A DNA stretch of 64,000 bases, from NCBI GenBank assembly GCA_963822965.1, contig CAWGJT010000005.1, forward strand, positions 1,088,001-1,152,000. The letters are read 5' to 3'. Position numbers and translations under genes: made by a program. Positions within the stretch are counted from its first letter, which is position 1, and each line of letters opens with the position of its first letter. This document shows, one piece after another, positions 61,038-64,000 of this stretch. The DNA is from an uncultured delta proteobacterium (GTDB lineage Bacteria; Myxococcota_A; UBA9160; UBA4427). The notes under the pieces are model-generated. The model did not search any database. It was not told the DNA's origin and worked only from the letters and a program-made list of their open reading frames with translations.

Positions 61038-61994
61038 ATGGGCGCACTCTCGAACCGACTGGGCCGCAGCCGCAGCGACGAAAGCTGCGATCGGGGCGGC
61101 GGAGCCGAATGCCACTGGGTATTTCGCTTCGCCAACGGGCTGGTGGTCCACACCGATCCGCTCATGCGGCCCGGCGGCGACCGGGTCCTGCCCCTGGGTG
61201 GGCCCCAGGACACGATCCTGAACCACCTGGTCTGCTTTCCCGAGCGCGTGCGGGGCAAGCGCGTCTTCGACCCGTTCGCGGGGTCGGGCATCTTCGGGCT
61301 GATGGCGCTCCACCTGGGCGCGGCCCACGTGGAGTTGCTGGACGTGAATCCGCGCGCGTGCGCGTTCCAGCGCGAGAACGCGGAACGGAACGGGCTCGAT
61401 CCCGGCCGCTACGACGTCCACCTCGAGTCCATCGAGGCCTTCGAGCCGGCGGAGCCCTTCGATCTGCTGCTCGCGAACCCGCCCTTCGTACCGACGCCCC
61501 CGGGCGTCCCGGGAACGCTCACGTCCGCCGGTGGACCGGAGGGCAACGGCCCGGTCGCGGCGCTGCTGCAGAAGCTCGACCGCCTGCTCGTGCCCGAGGG
61601 CGAGGCCTTCGTCTACGTCATGCAGCTGGTCGCGAAGGGCCGTCCCCTCGTCGCCGGGCCGCTGGTGGCGCACGTGCGCGAGCGCAGCACCCTCTTCACG
61701 CCCACCCAGGTCGAAGAGATCCCCTTCGACGACTACTGCGACGTCTATCGGCAGTGCTTCGCGCAGCACACCGCCGCCGTCGATGGCTGGCAGGTCGGGC
61801 TCTCGGCGCAGCACGGTCCACTCGGCGTCCAGCACTACGTGATGCACGTGGGCCCGAAGCGCCCCGGCCCCGCGAGCTGGACCGTCGTCCACGACCTGGC
61901 CGAGAAGTACGGCATCGCCCCCTACCCCGCCCACACGAACCCGCAGCTCGCCCTCGGCCGGGTGCTCGAGAACGTGGTGCCGGCGCCGACCTGA
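61038..61994 (+). CDS. HemK/PrmC-like SAM methyltransferase
   Basis: DPFAGSG, DVNPRA, ANPPF, GGPEG. Confidence 0.82.
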   Translation: MGALSNRLGRSRSDESCDRGGGAECHWVFRFANGLVVHTDPLMRPGGDRVLPLGGPQDTILNHLVCFPERVRGKRVFDPFAGSGIFGLMALHLGAAHVELLDVNPRACAFQRENAERNGLDPGRYDVHLESIEAFEPAEPFDLLLANPPFVPTPPGVPGTLTSAGGPEGNGPVAALLQKLDRLLVPEGEAFVYVMQLVAKGRPLVAGPLVAHVRERSTLFTPTQVEEIPFDDYCDVYRQCFAQHTAAVDGWQVGLSAQHGPLGVQHYVMHVGPKRPGPASWTVVHDLAEKYGIAPYPAHTNPQLALGRVLENVVPAPT

Positions 61995-62093
61995 CGGCTC
62001 GCACCCGGAGACCGGCGAGGAAGAGTCGACGGAGCGCTACCCTGGGTTGTCCGCGGATCGACCGGACCGATCCGAACGAGCCAACGAGGAGGG

Positions 62094-62468
62094 ATGGACG
62101 TGATCGGGTACGTGACGCTCGGAACCAACGACATCGAACGCACGGCGAAGTTCTACGATGCGCTCTTCGAGTCCCTGGGCGCCAAGCGCCTCATGGACTT
62201 CGGCAGGTTCATCCTCTGGGGCAAATCGCTGAGCGAGCCCGGACTGGCCGCCGCCGCGCCCTACGACGGCAAGCCCGCCAGCGTCGGCAACGGCGTCATG
62301 GTGGCGCTCCGCATGGACTCGAAGGACGCCGTGGACGCCCTCTACGAGCGGGCCCTCGAGCTCGGCGGAAGCGACGAAGGCCCCCCCGGCCCCCGCGGAG
62401 ACGGCTTCTACGCCGGCTACTTCCGGGACGTGGACGGCAACAAGCTGAACGCCTTTTTCCTGGGCTAG
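62094..62468 (+). CDS. VOC/glyoxalase family protein
   Basis: IGYVTLGTND, GNGVMVAL, DEGPPGPR, YFRDVDGNKL. Confidence 0.92.
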   Translation: MDVIGYVTLGTNDIERTAKFYDALFESLGAKRLMDFGRFILWGKSLSEPGLAAAAPYDGKPASVGNGVMVALRMDSKDAVDALYERALELGGSDEGPPGPRGDGFYAGYFRDVDGNKLNAFFLG

Positions 62469-62516
62469 ACGGCGCCGGCGGCTTCCTGGGCTAGACGGCG
62501 CCGGCGGCTTCCTGGG
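62457..62516. repeat. 26-bp perfect tandem duplication (2.3 copies) spanning the VOC stop codon
   Basis: TTCCTGGGCTAGACGGCGCCGGCGGC x2 + TTCCTGGG. Confidence 0.9.
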
Positions 62517-62598
62517 ACAGCCGGCGCCGGGTACAGGCCCTCAAGGGCCGGGAGTGTCCGGCCGATTCCGACGGGAGACCGACCGGAATGGAGCGCCC

Positions 62599-63252
62599 AT
62601 GGCCGAGCCTTCGATCAAGGGGACCATCTTCGGCCCCGTCGCGGAAGAGATCCAGGCTCTCGTGGCGAGCGGGCGCATCGGCGACGACGAGCTCGCCACG
62701 GCCCTCGAAGCGAAGGACATCGAGCTACTCGAAGCGAAGACGCTGGTCGCGTCCTGGTACCCGATCGACACCTACGCGCGCTATCTCGATCTGCTCTGCC
62801 GGAAGGAGGGCCGAGGCGACCCGCACTACTACGAGCAGCGCGGCTCCATGAGCGCCCGGCGCCTGATGGACGCCGGCCTCTATTCGCAGCTCGACCTCCT
62901 GGGCTCCATCGCCGACGAGCCCGAGCGCGTGGGCGAGGGGGCCGAGCAGCGGGCGCTCCGGGCCTACCGATCGAAGCTCGCCGTCGTCCTCTCTCTCGCC
63001 GGCAGCATCTACAACGTCGGCCGTTGGAAGGCGATCGACGACCCCGAGCACCCGGGGCGCGTGGCCATCGAGATCCAGGACGCGACGGCGTACAGCGACG
63101 GCATGGTTGGAGCCATCGTCGGCTTCCTGGACGAGTGCGCACGCGCCGTCAGCAGCAAGACCAAGAAGCTCTACCGCTACGAGCGATCCCGCCCCGACCG
63201 CATCGTCATCCGCATGCTCCGCGACCTGTCGACCGTGCGCCAGGAGCGCTAG
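62599..63252 (+). CDS. Hypothetical protein (loosely DUF2378/heme-NO-binding-like)
   Basis: PSIKG...LVASWYPI pattern; GGAG RBS; strong GC3 bias. Confidence 0.65.
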   Translation: MAEPSIKGTIFGPVAEEIQALVASGRIGDDELATALEAKDIELLEAKTLVASWYPIDTYARYLDLLCRKEGRGDPHYYEQRGSMSARRLMDAGLYSQLDLLGSIADEPERVGEGAEQRALRAYRSKLAVVLSLAGSIYNVGRWKAIDDPEHPGRVAIEIQDATAYSDGMVGAIVGFLDECARAVSSKTKKLYRYERSRPDRIVIRMLRDLSTVRQER

Positions 63253-63334
63253 AGCATTCGACGGCTCCCGCGGAATCGCGCTCCAGGAATCCGGCCGATG
63301 CGAGCCGGCAACGCGAACGGTTGGACTTCTCCGC

Positions 63335-63724
63335 ATGTCGATCCAGCAACGATTGGACAGCGAGCGAGACCTCACGGTCTTCACCGTCTCGGGCCCGCTG
63401 CTCTTCGAAGAGCTCCGTTCGACCCTCGAATCCGCATACGCGGAGCCGGACTACGCGACGCGCTCTCTCTTCGACATGCGCGACTGCGAACCGGGTGGTC
63501 TCTCTGCAGCACAGATCGAATCGCTGGCCGGTCTGATCGGCACGCGCCGGCCGGAGCGCGCCCCGTCGCACTGGGCGATCGTCACGAGGCACAAGGTCCA
63601 CTTCGGACTCTCGAGGATGTTCGAAACCTACGCGTCGAGCCTGCCGGTGGAGATCCGGGTCTTCCACGATCTCGAGGAGGCGCTCGACTGGCTGGGACGA
63701 GGCAGCCTGCACCGCAGCGGTTGA
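63335..63724 (+). CDS. SpoIIAA/STAS-SEC14-like small protein
   Basis: TVSGPL, LFDMR, AIVT...FGLSRMF, VFHDLEEALDWL. Confidence 0.7.
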   Translation: MSIQQRLDSERDLTVFTVSGPLLFEELRSTLESAYAEPDYATRSLFDMRDCEPGGLSAAQIESLAGLIGTRRPERAPSHWAIVTRHKVHFGLSRMFETYASSLPVEIRVFHDLEEALDWLGRGSLHRSG

Positions 63725-63750
63725 CGCGGGAGTGCCCGCCCGAGGCGACA

Positions 63751-64000
63751 TCATCGATCGTCGCCCCCTCCGGCGCCCTTGCGGGGCCACAGCCAGGCGA
63801 GCAGGACGAGGCCGGGTACGGCGAGCCCCGTCGTCAGCACGAAGAAGCTCACCCAGTCGATCCGATCGGCGAGCCAGCCCGACCCCGAAGAGAGGACGGT
63901 GCGCCCGACCGCCATCAGCGACGTGAGGAGCGCGTACTGGGTGGCGCTCATGCCCTTCCGACACAGCGAGGAGAGGAATGCCACGAAGGCCGCGGAGGCG
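63751..64000 (-). CDS. ampG: AmpG family muropeptide MFS transporter, C-terminal fragment
   Basis: AFVAFLSSLC...ATQYALLTSL...SGWLA...W..FF.....LAVPGL. Confidence 0.85.
   Translation of the reverse strand, partial: ASAAFVAFLSSLCRKGMSATQYALLTSLMAVGRTVLSSGSGWLADRIDWVSFFVLTTGLAVPGLVLLAWLWPRKGAGGGDDR

Noticed and set aside
54311..62516. CRISPR array from the 12-bp or 26-bp repeats
   Set aside because: Repeats are contiguous with no unique spacers, and no cas genes are present

Overview
Very GC-rich bacterial chromosomal window (roughly 70% GC by eye). PEP-CTERM proteins, a sigma54 system and TerB/DUF2378-like hypotheticals suggest a Myxococcota/Deltaproteobacteria-like lineage (inference). About 55 CDSs; no rRNA, tRNA, CRISPR array, transposase or integrase seen. 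Contents in order: an SxtJ/SxtI/SxtK-like carbamoyltransferase cluster with a methyltransferase and an SGNH protein; valS; Zn-ribbon-less ribosomal proteins S14, L31-B and L28; a sigma54 operon of two paralogous membrane histidine kinases, an NtrC-type regulator and PspA; many oxidoreductases and lipid-metabolism enzymes; an RPH/PigC-like phosphotransferase; a group-2-like sigma70 factor divergent from a sigma54-driven ACT protein; a 7TM-PAS protein without an output domain; MscS; a ceramidase-like lipoprotein; a cyclase-ATPase-TPR protein; a PEP-CTERM beta-propeller/diheme protein with a 12-bp minisatellite; an EF-hand protein; an O-antigen ligase-like protein; and partial ampG. Several genes between 5 and 35 kb carry single-base indels that look like long-read assembly errors. 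Most notable: (1) a twin-kinase/sigma54/PspA envelope-stress module with a readable promoter, IHF-like site and enhancer; (2) a multi-hairpin, CTAG-bounded intergenic repeat family (3 copies); (3) a TerB-like protein with an IF1/zeta-like N-terminus; (4) recurrent leaderless-type gene starts.
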